64,000 nucleotides of DNA. Origin: Candidatus Omnitrophota bacterium (GTDB taxonomy: Bacteria; Omnitrophota; Gorgyraeia; Duberdicusellales; 4484-171). The DNA is taken from the NCBI GenBank assembly GCA_018818105.1, contig JAHISK010000055.1, positions 4,781 to 68,780 on the forward strand. The letters run 5' to 3'. Below are positions 54,824 to 64,000 of the stretch, piece after piece; positions within the stretch are counted from its first letter, which is position 1, and the number at the start of each line of letters is the position of its first letter. The position numbers and the translations under genes were made by a program. The notes below the pieces were generated by a model. The model made no database searches and had not been told where the DNA came from. It worked only from the letters and a program-made list of their open reading frames with translations.

Positions 54824-56221
54824 CTACAATCTATTCAATGCCTTTTTTGCCTCCGCGCCTAAAAAAAACGAACCGGCAATAAGTATCAACGAATCCTTAT
54901 TATATAACCGCTTTGCTATTTTTAAAGCGTTACTTACATCTCGCGTAATATGCGCCTCCTTTAATCGGAATTTCTTTTTTATGTCTTCGGGAACGGCCGA
55001 CCGAGAATTATTAAATCTCGTTAATATAAGATGTTTATACTTAATTATCTTTAACATTTTACCTATATTCTTATCTTGCGCTGCGGCAAAAATCAGAACA
55101 ATCTCTTTATTAGGAAAGTATTCTTTTAAATTATCTTTTAAAACATCAAATGATGACTGATTATGCGCTATATCAATAACAATAATAGGATTCCTTTTTA
55201 CTACTTCAAATCTGCCCTCAATAGAAGTTAAGTTTATCCCAGAAAAATTAATCTCTCTCTTCAAATCTCCGCTATCTTTCAATAACTTAACCGCCGCCAT
55301 CGAAAGGCAAGCATTATCCACCTGACATCTTCCCTTAAGTCTAACTTTTATATTTTTACGGCTAACCTCGTTGAATTTAAAATCAAATTTGGTATAGCTA
55401 TTTTTTAGTTTAACGCTGGAAGCATTAAAGTCTTTTTCTAAAACAAACAACTTAGAATTCATCTCTTTGCATTTTTTCTTAATAACATTATAAACGCTTC
55501 TTTTCTGATCGGCACACACAACTAAGCTATTTTCTTTTATAATCCCCGCTTTCTCATAAGCTATATCAGCTAATTTAGTGCCCAGTTTATCAGTATGATC
55601 ATATCCAATTCTTGTAATTATACTAACTAACGGATTTACAACATTTGTCGCATCAAGCCTGCCGCCCATGCCGGTTTCTAAAACAGTAAAATCAACCTTT
55701 TTATCAATAAAATATTTCAAGGCAACAGCTGTATACACTTCAAAAAAAGTCAGACATCCAAACTTTTTCCTATCACGCCACTTCTCTAAATACGACCTCA
55801 TATTCTCAACTATCTCAACTACAGCCTTTCTTGCAATTAACGTAGTTTTTATTTTTCCCGATTCCCTATCATCCCTCGTCTTTCGTCTTTCGTCCTTCGT
55901 TTTCAACACGATTCGCTCTCTAAAATCAAAAAAATGAGGTGAAGTATATAACCCTATTTTATACCCACTTCCAGCAAGCAAATCCGCGCACATTGTAGCT
56001 GCTGACCCTTTACCTTTTGTACCCGCGACATGAATAACTTTCAAATCTTGATATGACAATCCCAAATCTCTCAAAAAACATTTTACTCTTTCTAATTTAA
56101 AAGATTCTCCATATGAAAAGGCAACATTATTTTCGTAATTTATGAACGACTCCAAATATGCCTTTATCTGCTGATATTTTTCCATACGAGAATTCATACA
56201 AATCTTTGCCCAATTATCCAA
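54824..56221 (-). CDS. folC: Folylpolyglutamate synthase / dihydrofolate synthase
   Basis: HVAGTKGKGS, YTSPH, ETGMGGRLDATN, DIAHN. Confidence 0.96.
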   Translation of the reverse strand: MDNWAKICMNSRMEKYQQIKAYLESFINYENNVAFSYGESFKLERVKCFLRDLGLSYQDLKVIHVAGTKGKGSAATMCADLLAGSGYKIGLYTSPHFFDFRERIVLKTKDERRKTRDDRESGKIKTTLIARKAVVEIVENMRSYLEKWRDRKKFGCLTFFEVYTAVALKYFIDKKVDFTVLETGMGGRLDATNVVNPLVSIITRIGYDHTDKLGTKLADIAYEKAGIIKENSLVVCADQKRSVYNVIKKKCKEMNSKLFVLEKDFNASSVKLKNSYTKFDFKFNEVSRKNIKVRLKGRCQVDNACLSMAAVKLLKDSGDLKREINFSGINLTSIEGRFEVVKRNPIIVIDIAHNQSSFDVLKDNLKEYFPNKEIVLIFAAAQDKNIGKMLKIIKYKHLILTRFNNSRSAVPEDIKKKFRLKEAHITRDVSNALKIAKRLYNKDSLILIAGSFFLGAEAKKALNRL

Positions 56222-56297
56222 AATCTATTATAGACATCAGATATCCAATGTCTATTGTCTGATGTCTGTTGTCTGTTGTCTTCGGTCTTCGGTCTCT

Positions 56298-57812
56298 TTA
56301 ATGCCGAAAATGGCGGATGCCGGTAAAAAGCATTGTTATCCCCAACTTATCACAAAGCTCTATAATATCTTTATCCTTTATAGAACCTCCCGGCTGGATT
56401 ATAGCTTTAATACCCTTTTTATAAGCAGATTTAATAGAATCCTCTTTAGGAAAAAATCCGTCAGAAGCTAACACCGCCCCCTTAACAAGCTTGTCTGCCT
56501 TACTTATCGCGATTTTCACCGAACCAACTCTAGACGGCTGCCCCCCCCCGATGCCTAAAACCGAAAGATTTTTCGCGATAACTATAGCATTAGATTTTAC
56601 ATGCTTAACCACCTTCCAAGCAAAAATAAGGTCTTTACGCTCTCTATCCGTCGGATTCCTTTTAGTAACCACTGTTAATTTATTCTTATCTAACTTTACA
56701 GAATCATTATCCTGAATAAGATATCCAAATTGTGTCGCCCGGATATCTTTAAAGTTATTCTTAGCAAGAAAATCAACCTCCAATACCCTCAAATTCTTTT
56801 TCGAGGAGAACATTTTTAACGCCTCTTTAGAATAAGAAGGCGCGGCAATACATTCTTTAAACTCACTCTTTAAAATTTGGCTCGCGGTATCTTTATCTAC
56901 CTTTCGATTAAGACCGATTATTCCTCCAAAGCTGGAAATAGTATCTGTTAAATATGCTTTTTTATATGATGCCGATAGCTTTTTATCTATCCCCACACCA
57001 CAAATGGAAGCGTGTTTAACAATCACTGCCGCGGGATCTAGAAACTCTTTTACACAGGCAAGCGCGGCATCTAAATCAAGAATATTATTAAATGACAATT
57101 CCTTACCCTGCAGCTTGTGAAACTTCACATTACTAGACTCAAGCTGTTTATATAAATCTGCCTTCTGATGCGAATTCTCGCCATATCGCAACGATAATTC
57201 TTTTTCCAAATTCCAGGTTATAACTTCTTTTCCTTTAAAATAGTTGTAAACACAATTATCATATTCTTTAGTAAGGTAAAAAGCTTCCTGCGCCAGGTAT
57301 TTTAAAGTATCCTGAGACATGAATCCTTTATTCTTTTCTAATTCTCCTAAAACAGCCTTATATTGGCTAACATCACTAACGGCAGCCACATTCTTAAAAT
57401 TCTTTGCCGCGGCCCGTAACATCGACGGTCCACCAATATCAATATATTCTATCATTTCCTCCCAACCTAAATTATCCTTCATCTTCTCAGGAAAAGGATA
57501 AAGGTTAACGATAACCATATCAATCGGCTGTATCCCTAAATTCTTTATTTCCTCCATATGAAGGGGATGCTTTTTATTAGCAAGGATACCACCAAATACT
57601 TTAGGATGTAAAGTTTTAACTCTACCTGAAAGAATCTCCGGAAACGCCGTTAGCGTCGCGACTTCCGTAACTTTAATATCATGCCTTCTTAACAAAGCGG
57701 CTGTCTTGCCTGTTGAGATTATCTCAATATTTAAATCTGATAACCTCCTCCCTACCTCAGCGATTCCTTTCTTATCCCACACGCTAATAAGCGCTCTTCG
57801 TATCTTTACCAT
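56298..57812 (-). CDS. purH: AICAR transformylase / IMP cyclohydrolase
   Basis: GRVKTLHP, IDIGGP, LRYGEN, SDGFFP, GIRHFRH. Confidence 0.97.
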   Translation of the reverse strand: MVKIRRALISVWDKKGIAEVGRRLSDLNIEIISTGKTAALLRRHDIKVTEVATLTAFPEILSGRVKTLHPKVFGGILANKKHPLHMEEIKNLGIQPIDMVIVNLYPFPEKMKDNLGWEEMIEYIDIGGPSMLRAAAKNFKNVAAVSDVSQYKAVLGELEKNKGFMSQDTLKYLAQEAFYLTKEYDNCVYNYFKGKEVITWNLEKELSLRYGENSHQKADLYKQLESSNVKFHKLQGKELSFNNILDLDAALACVKEFLDPAAVIVKHASICGVGIDKKLSASYKKAYLTDTISSFGGIIGLNRKVDKDTASQILKSEFKECIAAPSYSKEALKMFSSKKNLRVLEVDFLAKNNFKDIRATQFGYLIQDNDSVKLDKNKLTVVTKRNPTDRERKDLIFAWKVVKHVKSNAIVIAKNLSVLGIGGGQPSRVGSVKIAISKADKLVKGAVLASDGFFPKEDSIKSAYKKGIKAIIQPGGSIKDKDIIELCDKLGITMLFTGIRHFRH

Positions 57813-57862
57813 CTCTAATCACACTCCTATAATAAATTTAGCGTTTAGGGTTTCCCTATACG

Positions 57863-58561
57863 CTATACGTTAAACCTTATTTCAATAATATCGCCTTCGC
57901 TCATAATATAATCTCTATCCACAAGCTTAACAAGCCCTTTAGCCTTTGCTTGGGTCATATTAAAAAAATCATCCAGCTTATCACAATTAACCACGTCCGC
58001 TTTTATAAATCCTCTGGCTAAATCACTGTGAATTCTACCCGCCGCTTCTAAAATGCTCTGTCCCTTTTTAATGTCCCAAGCGCGAACTTCTTTTTTCCCC
58101 GCGGTAAAAAACAAAACAACACCGCTTTTTTCTATAATTTTCGTGATTAATTCGTTCATCTCCCCAACCTGACTTACTCCCACAGACGGCTTATACGTAA
58201 CAGGAGCCAACGGTTTTAAAATCACGTGTTCACTTTCAGAAAACTCAGCATCGCATAACAACGTCTCTTTTTCCAACAGTTCTTTAACTTTATCAAGTAG
58301 TTTTTTTTCCTCATCGCTTTCTGCCCGGGAAAGTCGTTTATCAATTTTTTCTAAATCAATAAACACAAAATCAAATTTTTTATTAATATCGAATACAACC
58401 GCGTCGGTTTTATCGAAGTCTTCTTCTAGAAACTCTATAGTATACGGAGTAGTTTTCCCCGGCAAAAACTTCTCTACTAATTTATCAAAATAGACGTTTT
58501 TATATTTATACTTGCCCGGCTCAATATCTAACCCAAAAGTTGAAACTTTCATAAAAACCAC
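57863..58561 (-). CDS. Truncated YchF-like (DUF933/TGS) protein lacking the P-loop
   Basis: FFTAGKKEVRAW, AAGRIHSDLARGFIKA, EGDIIEIRFNV; no GxxxxGKS. Confidence 0.8.
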   Translation of the reverse strand: MVFMKVSTFGLDIEPGKYKYKNVYFDKLVEKFLPGKTTPYTIEFLEEDFDKTDAVVFDINKKFDFVFIDLEKIDKRLSRAESDEEKKLLDKVKELLEKETLLCDAEFSESEHVILKPLAPVTYKPSVGVSQVGEMNELITKIIEKSGVVLFFTAGKKEVRAWDIKKGQSILEAAGRIHSDLARGFIKADVVNCDKLDDFFNMTQAKAKGLVKLVDRDYIMSEGDIIEIRFNV

Positions 58562-58740
58562 TTCTCCCTAATAATTATTACCAAACGATTATTAAATCCC
58601 AAATCGTAATTTCAAAAATTATAAATAATCAATCATCAATCTTTAGCGGTTCAGGCAGGCCTGAACTCTACAGGATTGGAACATTGGAATTTGGTGCTTA
58701 TTTGTTATTTGGTACTTGGAATTTGTTATTTCAATATTCT

Positions 58741-60777
58741 TTACTCCTCTTTCTGATCACTATTCGCCTTCTCAATAATACTCTGGGCGAGTCGGGCAGG
58801 AACGATATCATAATGCGAGAAACTCATCATATATGAACCTCTACCTCCTGTAACAGACCGCAAATCTGAGGCGTATTTAAACATCTCTGTTAAAGGAACT
58901 AGCGCTTTGACAACTTCATTTTTCCCTTTGACTTCCATACCTAAAATTCTTCCTCGTTTAGAATTTATATCTCCTGTAACTTGCCCCATAAACTCTCCCG
59001 GGACAGATATCTCCACACGCATTATCGGTTCCAGAATCACACTACCAGCTTCCTCCAACGCCTTCTTAAACGCCATGGTCGCGGCAATTTGAAAAGCAAT
59101 ATCAGAAGAATCTACCGGATGATAGGATCCGTCATATAAAATCACCCTTATATCTGTAACAGCAAGACCGGCTAAAATTCCTGTCGCCATTGCCTTGCGA
59201 ACACCTTTTTCAACAGACGGAATAAAGTTACGCGGAATTGCGCCGCCTACTACTTTATTTACAAACTCAAAGTTCTTACCTCGTTCTAGAGGCTGAACCT
59301 CAATCCAACAATCTCCGTACTGACCGCGTCCACCGCTTTGTTTTTTATGTCGGCCCTGGACTTTAACCGATTTAGTAATCGTTTCCAAATAAGGAACTTT
59401 TGGCTTTCCTAAATCTACATCGGCATCGTACTTCTTACGCATCCTTTCAATGATCACATGAAGATGCAGCTCTCCCATTCCGGCAATTATTAATTCCTTA
59501 GTTTGAGCATCTCTAGAAATTTTAACAGTCGGATCTTCCGCCATCAACCGAGACAACGCAGTCGAGATCTTTTCTTCATCATGCCGTGTCTTTGGTTTAA
59601 CTGACGCCGAATATGCCGGTGATGGAAAATCTAAAGTTGGCAATTCTATTCCTTTTATAGCACTGTCACAAAGAACATCTAATGTATCTGTATCTTTCAA
59701 TTTAGCTACTGCTCCTATTTCTCCCGCGCATATCGCGTCTTGAGCCAACTGTTGTTTACCCTGTAAATGGTACAAAGTACCGATTTTTTCATTACTGTCT
59801 TTAGTTGTATTACAAACCTCGCTGTTAGATGAAATCTTACCGGAAAAAACTTTAAATATACTTAACTGACCTACGAAAGGATCAATAATTGTCTTAATCA
59901 CTTGCGCCACTGCCGGCGCGTCTATCTTAGGCTCAATAGTAATTTCCTGACCCTCCTTGCTGCCTTTTCGAAAACAAGACACAGCAACTGACGGCATATC
60001 CTCTACAATAAAATTTAAAACATCTTCTATTCCAACATTTTGAGTAGCAACCCCGCACATTACAGGAAAAAGGAGAGAATTAATTATCGCTGCCTTTACA
60101 ACAGGCACAAACTCACTCTCATCCAATGTTCCTTTCTCTAAATATTTCTCAAGAAGCGCGTCATTACTTTCGGCAACTGCCTCTACAATTTGACCATAAT
60201 ACGGGCTGTTTTTATCCTTTAAAACACATTTCACGACTCCTTCTTCAAACACAGAGAAAGGAATCGCTTTTTTTGTCAAAGACTTTATATCATCTAAAAT
60301 ATTATCGTAATTTGTATTCGCTTTATCTAATTTATTTATAAAGAAAAGACAAGGAATATTTTCTTTTCTTAAAATATCCCATGCTTTTTCTGTCCCTACT
60401 TCCACGCCTGCCGTGGCATCAACAACAATTATCGCGAAATCAGCAGCACGGCTGGAAGCGATTAGTTCTCCTATAAAATCTAAATATCCCGGAACATCAA
60501 TAAACTGTAAAAAATTACCTTTATATTCCGCGTGAAGAACAGATAGATTAATAGAACTTTTTCTATCCTTCTCATCATCTTCATAATCACTTACCGACGA
60601 TTCATCATCAACTTTTCCTAACCGCGTAACTACTCCGCTTTTAAAAAGAAATCCTTCCGAAAGCGAAGTTTTTCCTGATTGAGCATGACCGCAAAGAATA
60701 AAGGATCGCTTTTTTGTTAAATCCTCTCTCATAATCTCCCCCTTGCTTCTCGCCTCAGATATAACTGTTCGGCTCAT
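58741..60777 (-). CDS. fusA: Elongation factor G-like protein (EF-G2)
   Basis: GHAQSGKTS, DVPGYLDF, NKLD, GMGELHL, KKQSGGRGQYG, HPVDSS; switch I is RKSSI rather than RGITI. Confidence 0.9.
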   Translation of the reverse strand: MSRTVISEARSKGEIMREDLTKKRSFILCGHAQSGKTSLSEGFLFKSGVVTRLGKVDDESSVSDYEDDEKDRKSSINLSVLHAEYKGNFLQFIDVPGYLDFIGELIASSRAADFAIIVVDATAGVEVGTEKAWDILRKENIPCLFFINKLDKANTNYDNILDDIKSLTKKAIPFSVFEEGVVKCVLKDKNSPYYGQIVEAVAESNDALLEKYLEKGTLDESEFVPVVKAAIINSLLFPVMCGVATQNVGIEDVLNFIVEDMPSVAVSCFRKGSKEGQEITIEPKIDAPAVAQVIKTIIDPFVGQLSIFKVFSGKISSNSEVCNTTKDSNEKIGTLYHLQGKQQLAQDAICAGEIGAVAKLKDTDTLDVLCDSAIKGIELPTLDFPSPAYSASVKPKTRHDEEKISTALSRLMAEDPTVKISRDAQTKELIIAGMGELHLHVIIERMRKKYDADVDLGKPKVPYLETITKSVKVQGRHKKQSGGRGQYGDCWIEVQPLERGKNFEFVNKVVGGAIPRNFIPSVEKGVRKAMATGILAGLAVTDIRVILYDGSYHPVDSSDIAFQIAATMAFKKALEEAGSVILEPIMRVEISVPGEFMGQVTGDINSKRGRILGMEVKGKNEVVKALVPLTEMFKYASDLRSVTGGRGSYMMSFSHYDIVPARLAQSIIEKANSDQKEE

Positions 60778-61039
60778 CTTAGAGTATTAGGTTATCTTTA
60801 AATTAATATAAAGGTTTATACCATATTACCGATGAAAAACCTTATAACTATCCCTAGATTTGATACTCACTATCACCGTTAGAAAAAGTCCTTGTCTGTA
60901 TTCTTTTCAAAAAGCAAATGCCACCATGATACGTTCCGTATATATTGTTAGGTAATATTATAGTAGAAAGGCCCCATTTAGTCAACAAACATCGGACATT
61001 TTCGCCATAACTAATTGGGAAATATAGATTTATGAACTA

Positions 61040-62131
61040 TTAAATAATCAGGGTGGCGTCGCCAAAACTGTAAAACCGAAAATTCTTATCAATGGCATAC
61101 TTATAGGCAGTCGCTACTAAAGGACGCCCGCAAAAAGAAGAAATAAGGATAAGATTAGTCGAATATGGCGTATGAAAATTAGTAATAACACCATCAATAA
61201 TGTTAAATTTGTATCCCGGAGTAATATAAAGGTTAGTTTCTCCAAAAAAAGGATTAATATACACATTTTTACAAGAATCAAGGGAAGCCGCGCTCTCTAA
61301 AGACCTTATCGCCGTTGTTCCTACAGCTATTATACGGCGCGATTGGCTTTTGGCTTTATTTATAATTTCCGCGACGGCAGAATCAACCTCAATCCATTCC
61401 GATTCAATCTTATGATCACGAATATCAGATGTCTTTACCGGTTTAAAAGTTGCCAACCCGCAATGAAGAGTAATATATATAATCTTTACTCCTTTATCTT
61501 GTATTTTTTTTAATAAGCTTTCTGTAAAATGCAATCCCGCTGTAGGCGCGGCAATCGCGCCCTCATTCTTAGCGAACACTGTCTGATATTTACTAGAATC
61601 ATCAATATCTTTTTTAATGTACGGCGGTAAAGGAACTTGCCCCAATGAATCTAACGAATCATCGAAATCTTCAGGAACAAATTTTAATATTCGTCCACCG
61701 GCAGGAGTATGATCTAAAACTGTCGCTTTTAATTTACCCTCGCCGCCAAAAACAATATTATCACCGATTTTCGCTCTTTTCCCAGGCTTAACTAACACCT
61801 CCCATATTCCCTTTTCTATTTTTTTTAAAAGTAAAACCTCAAATTTAGCACCGCTGGTTCTTCTCGCGATTAGCCGCGCTTTAATTACTTTTGTGTTATT
61901 TAAAACAAGGACGTCTCCTTGACGCAAAAAATCCACGATGCCGCTAAACCGGCTTTCGCCAATAGCCCCTGTTTGCCGATCTATCGTAAGCAACCGGCTA
62001 CTATCCCGCGGAGAAACTGGAACTTGCGCGATAAGTTCCCCAGGAACACCAAAATCGTAATGTTTTCGGTCAAAAATGTCCTTCTTCATACTTCTCCAGA
62101 AGTCAGAAAACAGACGACGGACAACAGACAT
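61040..62131 (-). CDS. queA: SAM:tRNA ribosyltransferase-isomerase
   Basis: PLPPYI, YQTVFA, AAPTAGLHFT, TNFH, RFYSFGDA; true start probably MKKDIF. Confidence 0.96.
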   Translation of the reverse strand: MSVVRRLFSDFWRSMKKDIFDRKHYDFGVPGELIAQVPVSPRDSSRLLTIDRQTGAIGESRFSGIVDFLRQGDVLVLNNTKVIKARLIARRTSGAKFEVLLLKKIEKGIWEVLVKPGKRAKIGDNIVFGGEGKLKATVLDHTPAGGRILKFVPEDFDDSLDSLGQVPLPPYIKKDIDDSSKYQTVFAKNEGAIAAPTAGLHFTESLLKKIQDKGVKIIYITLHCGLATFKPVKTSDIRDHKIESEWIEVDSAVAEIINKAKSQSRRIIAVGTTAIRSLESAASLDSCKNVYINPFFGETNLYITPGYKFNIIDGVITNFHTPYSTNLILISSFCGRPLVATAYKYAIDKNFRFYSFGDATLII

Positions 62132-62390
62132 CTAAATACAGAAAATATTTTTACCGCATTGAATTTTCAAGCGCCAGTCTTCTGTTATCTGTCTTCGGTC
62201 TTCAATGACCGGATTATTTTACCACACAAACATTCCAAGTAAACCAAAGAATAGTTGGGATATTTCAGATTGTAGATTGCAGTAAAAAACACTATTTTCC
62301 ATCTCCCATCCATTCTCTATCTCTAATCTGCCATCTGCCATCTATTCTCTATCTCCCATCTATTAACCATCTTGACTTTTATCCCTAAAT

Positions 62391-63587
62391 ATGTTATCTA
62401 TTAGGTTACATATGAAAAACGAAATAATAAGATTAAAAGAAGAACTGGAAAAAGCGCGTTGGCACCTATATATCTTTTACGAACTCACCAAAGCAATGCA
62501 CACAACCCTACATTTAGAAGAAATATCCTATATTATACTTACAGGATTAACCGCGCATCAAGGTCTTGCCTTTAACCGTGCCATACTTTTTCTTAGCGAC
62601 ACCACCACTAACACTATCAAAGGATTTATGGGAGTAGGTCCAATGGATAACCATGAAGCAACTGAAATCTGGCAGAATATAGAAGAAGAAAAAAAAGGTC
62701 TCTATGACTTAATAAAAACTTACCACCGCATAAAAGAAGGTAAAATAAAAGTTAAATTTATGGATTTTATTCAGTCCTTATCTTTCTCCCAATCAAAAGA
62801 AAGCGGATTTATTTCTAGCGCTCTTTGTGAAAAAGAACCACTTCACATAAAAAAAGACGATCCAAGAATACCCGAAACCGATCCCTTAAAGCGATTACTT
62901 CAGTTGGAAGAATTTCTTATCGCGCCATTATGGATAGAAGGCAGAAATAGCGGGTTGATTATTGTTGATAATTACGTCACAAAAAAACCAATCATAGAAG
63001 AAGACATAAAAATATTTAATATGTTTGTAGACCAATCTAGTGGGGCGATAAAAAATTCTCAATCCTTCGAAGACACTCTCATAAAAGCGCAAACCGACCC
63101 GCTAACAGGATTATGGAACTACAGGTATTTCCAGCGCCAGCTAGATGCCGCTATAAAAACAGCTAAAACTCAAAACCAAAATATCTCGGTAATGATGATA
63201 GATATTGATAACTTCAAGAAATTCAATGATACCTGCGGCCATATACACGGCAATTTAGCATTACAGGAAATAAGTAAAATCCTCAAAGATACCTGCCGTA
63301 AAATAGATACCCTTTGCCGATATGGCGGTGAAGAATTTTCTCTTATCCTGCCTCACTCAAGCAAAGAAAACGCCCATCTACTGGGAGAAAGAATCAGACA
63401 ATGCGTAGAAACAACTCCTATCCTAGATAACCACGCCTTCACAATAAGCATAGGAATTTCTTCTTTCCCGCAAGACGGAGACAACAAAGAAACCTTACTT
63501 CGAAAAGCCGACGAAGCCCTTTATGCGGCAAAAAGGAATGGCAAAAATCAAGTTGTTTTAGCTGATTTCATCCCCCAACCCATATAA
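62391..63587 (+). CDS. GAF plus GGDEF diguanylate cyclase
   Basis: DPLTGLWN, DIDNFK, RKID I-site, RYGGEEF. Confidence 0.93.
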   Translation: MLSIRLHMKNEIIRLKEELEKARWHLYIFYELTKAMHTTLHLEEISYIILTGLTAHQGLAFNRAILFLSDTTTNTIKGFMGVGPMDNHEATEIWQNIEEEKKGLYDLIKTYHRIKEGKIKVKFMDFIQSLSFSQSKESGFISSALCEKEPLHIKKDDPRIPETDPLKRLLQLEEFLIAPLWIEGRNSGLIIVDNYVTKKPIIEEDIKIFNMFVDQSSGAIKNSQSFEDTLIKAQTDPLTGLWNYRYFQRQLDAAIKTAKTQNQNISVMMIDIDNFKKFNDTCGHIHGNLALQEISKILKDTCRKIDTLCRYGGEEFSLILPHSSKENAHLLGERIRQCVETTPILDNHAFTISIGISSFPQDGDNKETLLRKADEALYAAKRNGKNQVVLADFIPQPI

Positions 63588-63604
63588 TTCGCGAAACTAT
63601 CATA

Positions 63605-64000
63605 TTAGGCGGGAACTTCTTCCTGGGGGGTTTTCTGAGCCGATTGGGCGGCAAATTTTACCGATACTACTTTCGAAACGCCTTTCTCCTGCATAGTAAC
63701 CCCATACAAAACATCAGCGTTACTCATTGTTCGTTTATTATGCGTGATAATGATAAACTGAGAAACCGAAGAAAACTCCTTCAATAGCTGGTTAAACCTT
63801 ACCACATTCGCTTCATCTAGGGGCGCGTCAATTTCATCAAGCACGCATATTGGTGAAGGTCTTACTCTAAAAATAGCAAAAATTAACGAAATAGCGGTTA
63901 ACGCTTTTTCTCCGCCGGAAAGAAGAGAAACGTTCTGCAGTTTTTTACCTGGCGGCTGAACTTCAATTTCCACCCCTGACTCCAACACATCTTCAGGATC
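63605..64000 (-). CDS. smc: Chromosome segregation protein SMC, C-terminal part (5' end outside the window)
   Basis: [36 protein letters not shown]. Confidence 0.95.
   Translation of the reverse strand, partial: DPEDVLESGVEIEVQPPGKKLQNVSLLSGGEKALTAISLIFAIFRVRPSPICVLDEIDAPLDEANVVRFNQLLKEFSSVSQFIIITHNKRTMSNADVLYGVTMQEKGVSKVVSVKFAAQSAQKTPQEEVPA

Overview
AT-rich bacterial window whose gene content and giant-protein style suggest Omnitrophota/PVC-like bacteria (inference). The left third (<1-21515, minus strand) is one giant ORF of at least 7171 codons that is missing from the supplied ORF track because it runs off the window edge without a stop. It has a signal peptide, two C39-peptidase-like domains each followed by a double-glycine-leader-like motif, YD-like repeats, a hydrophobic translocator-like hairpin, and a C-terminal mosaic of zincin, carbohydrate-binding-like, lysozyme-like and possibly ART-like modules. 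A c-di-GMP-I riboswitch precedes it. The ORF reads in frame through a complete antisense gene (own promoter and RBS) and through palindromic and heptamer repeat elements. Upstream on the same strand (22.6-42.4 kb) is a cluster with two secreted proteins, two RND transporters, a TM-coiled-coil-HTH protein, a TonB-C/TolC fusion, an MFP and a WD40 protein, preceded by two tandem divergent GEMM-like RNA elements. Four-helix-bundle genes bracketed by inverted heptamer arrays, and empty copies of those arrays, interrupt the cluster. The right third holds an MNT-HEPN pair, HARP RNase P, two CNNM genes, DUF89, uvrD/pcrA, radC, an ORF6N pseudogene, folE, mnmE, folC, purH, a truncated YchF-like gene, EF-G2, queA, a GGDEF cyclase and the 3' end of smc. 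All domain calls come from manual motif reading, not database searches.
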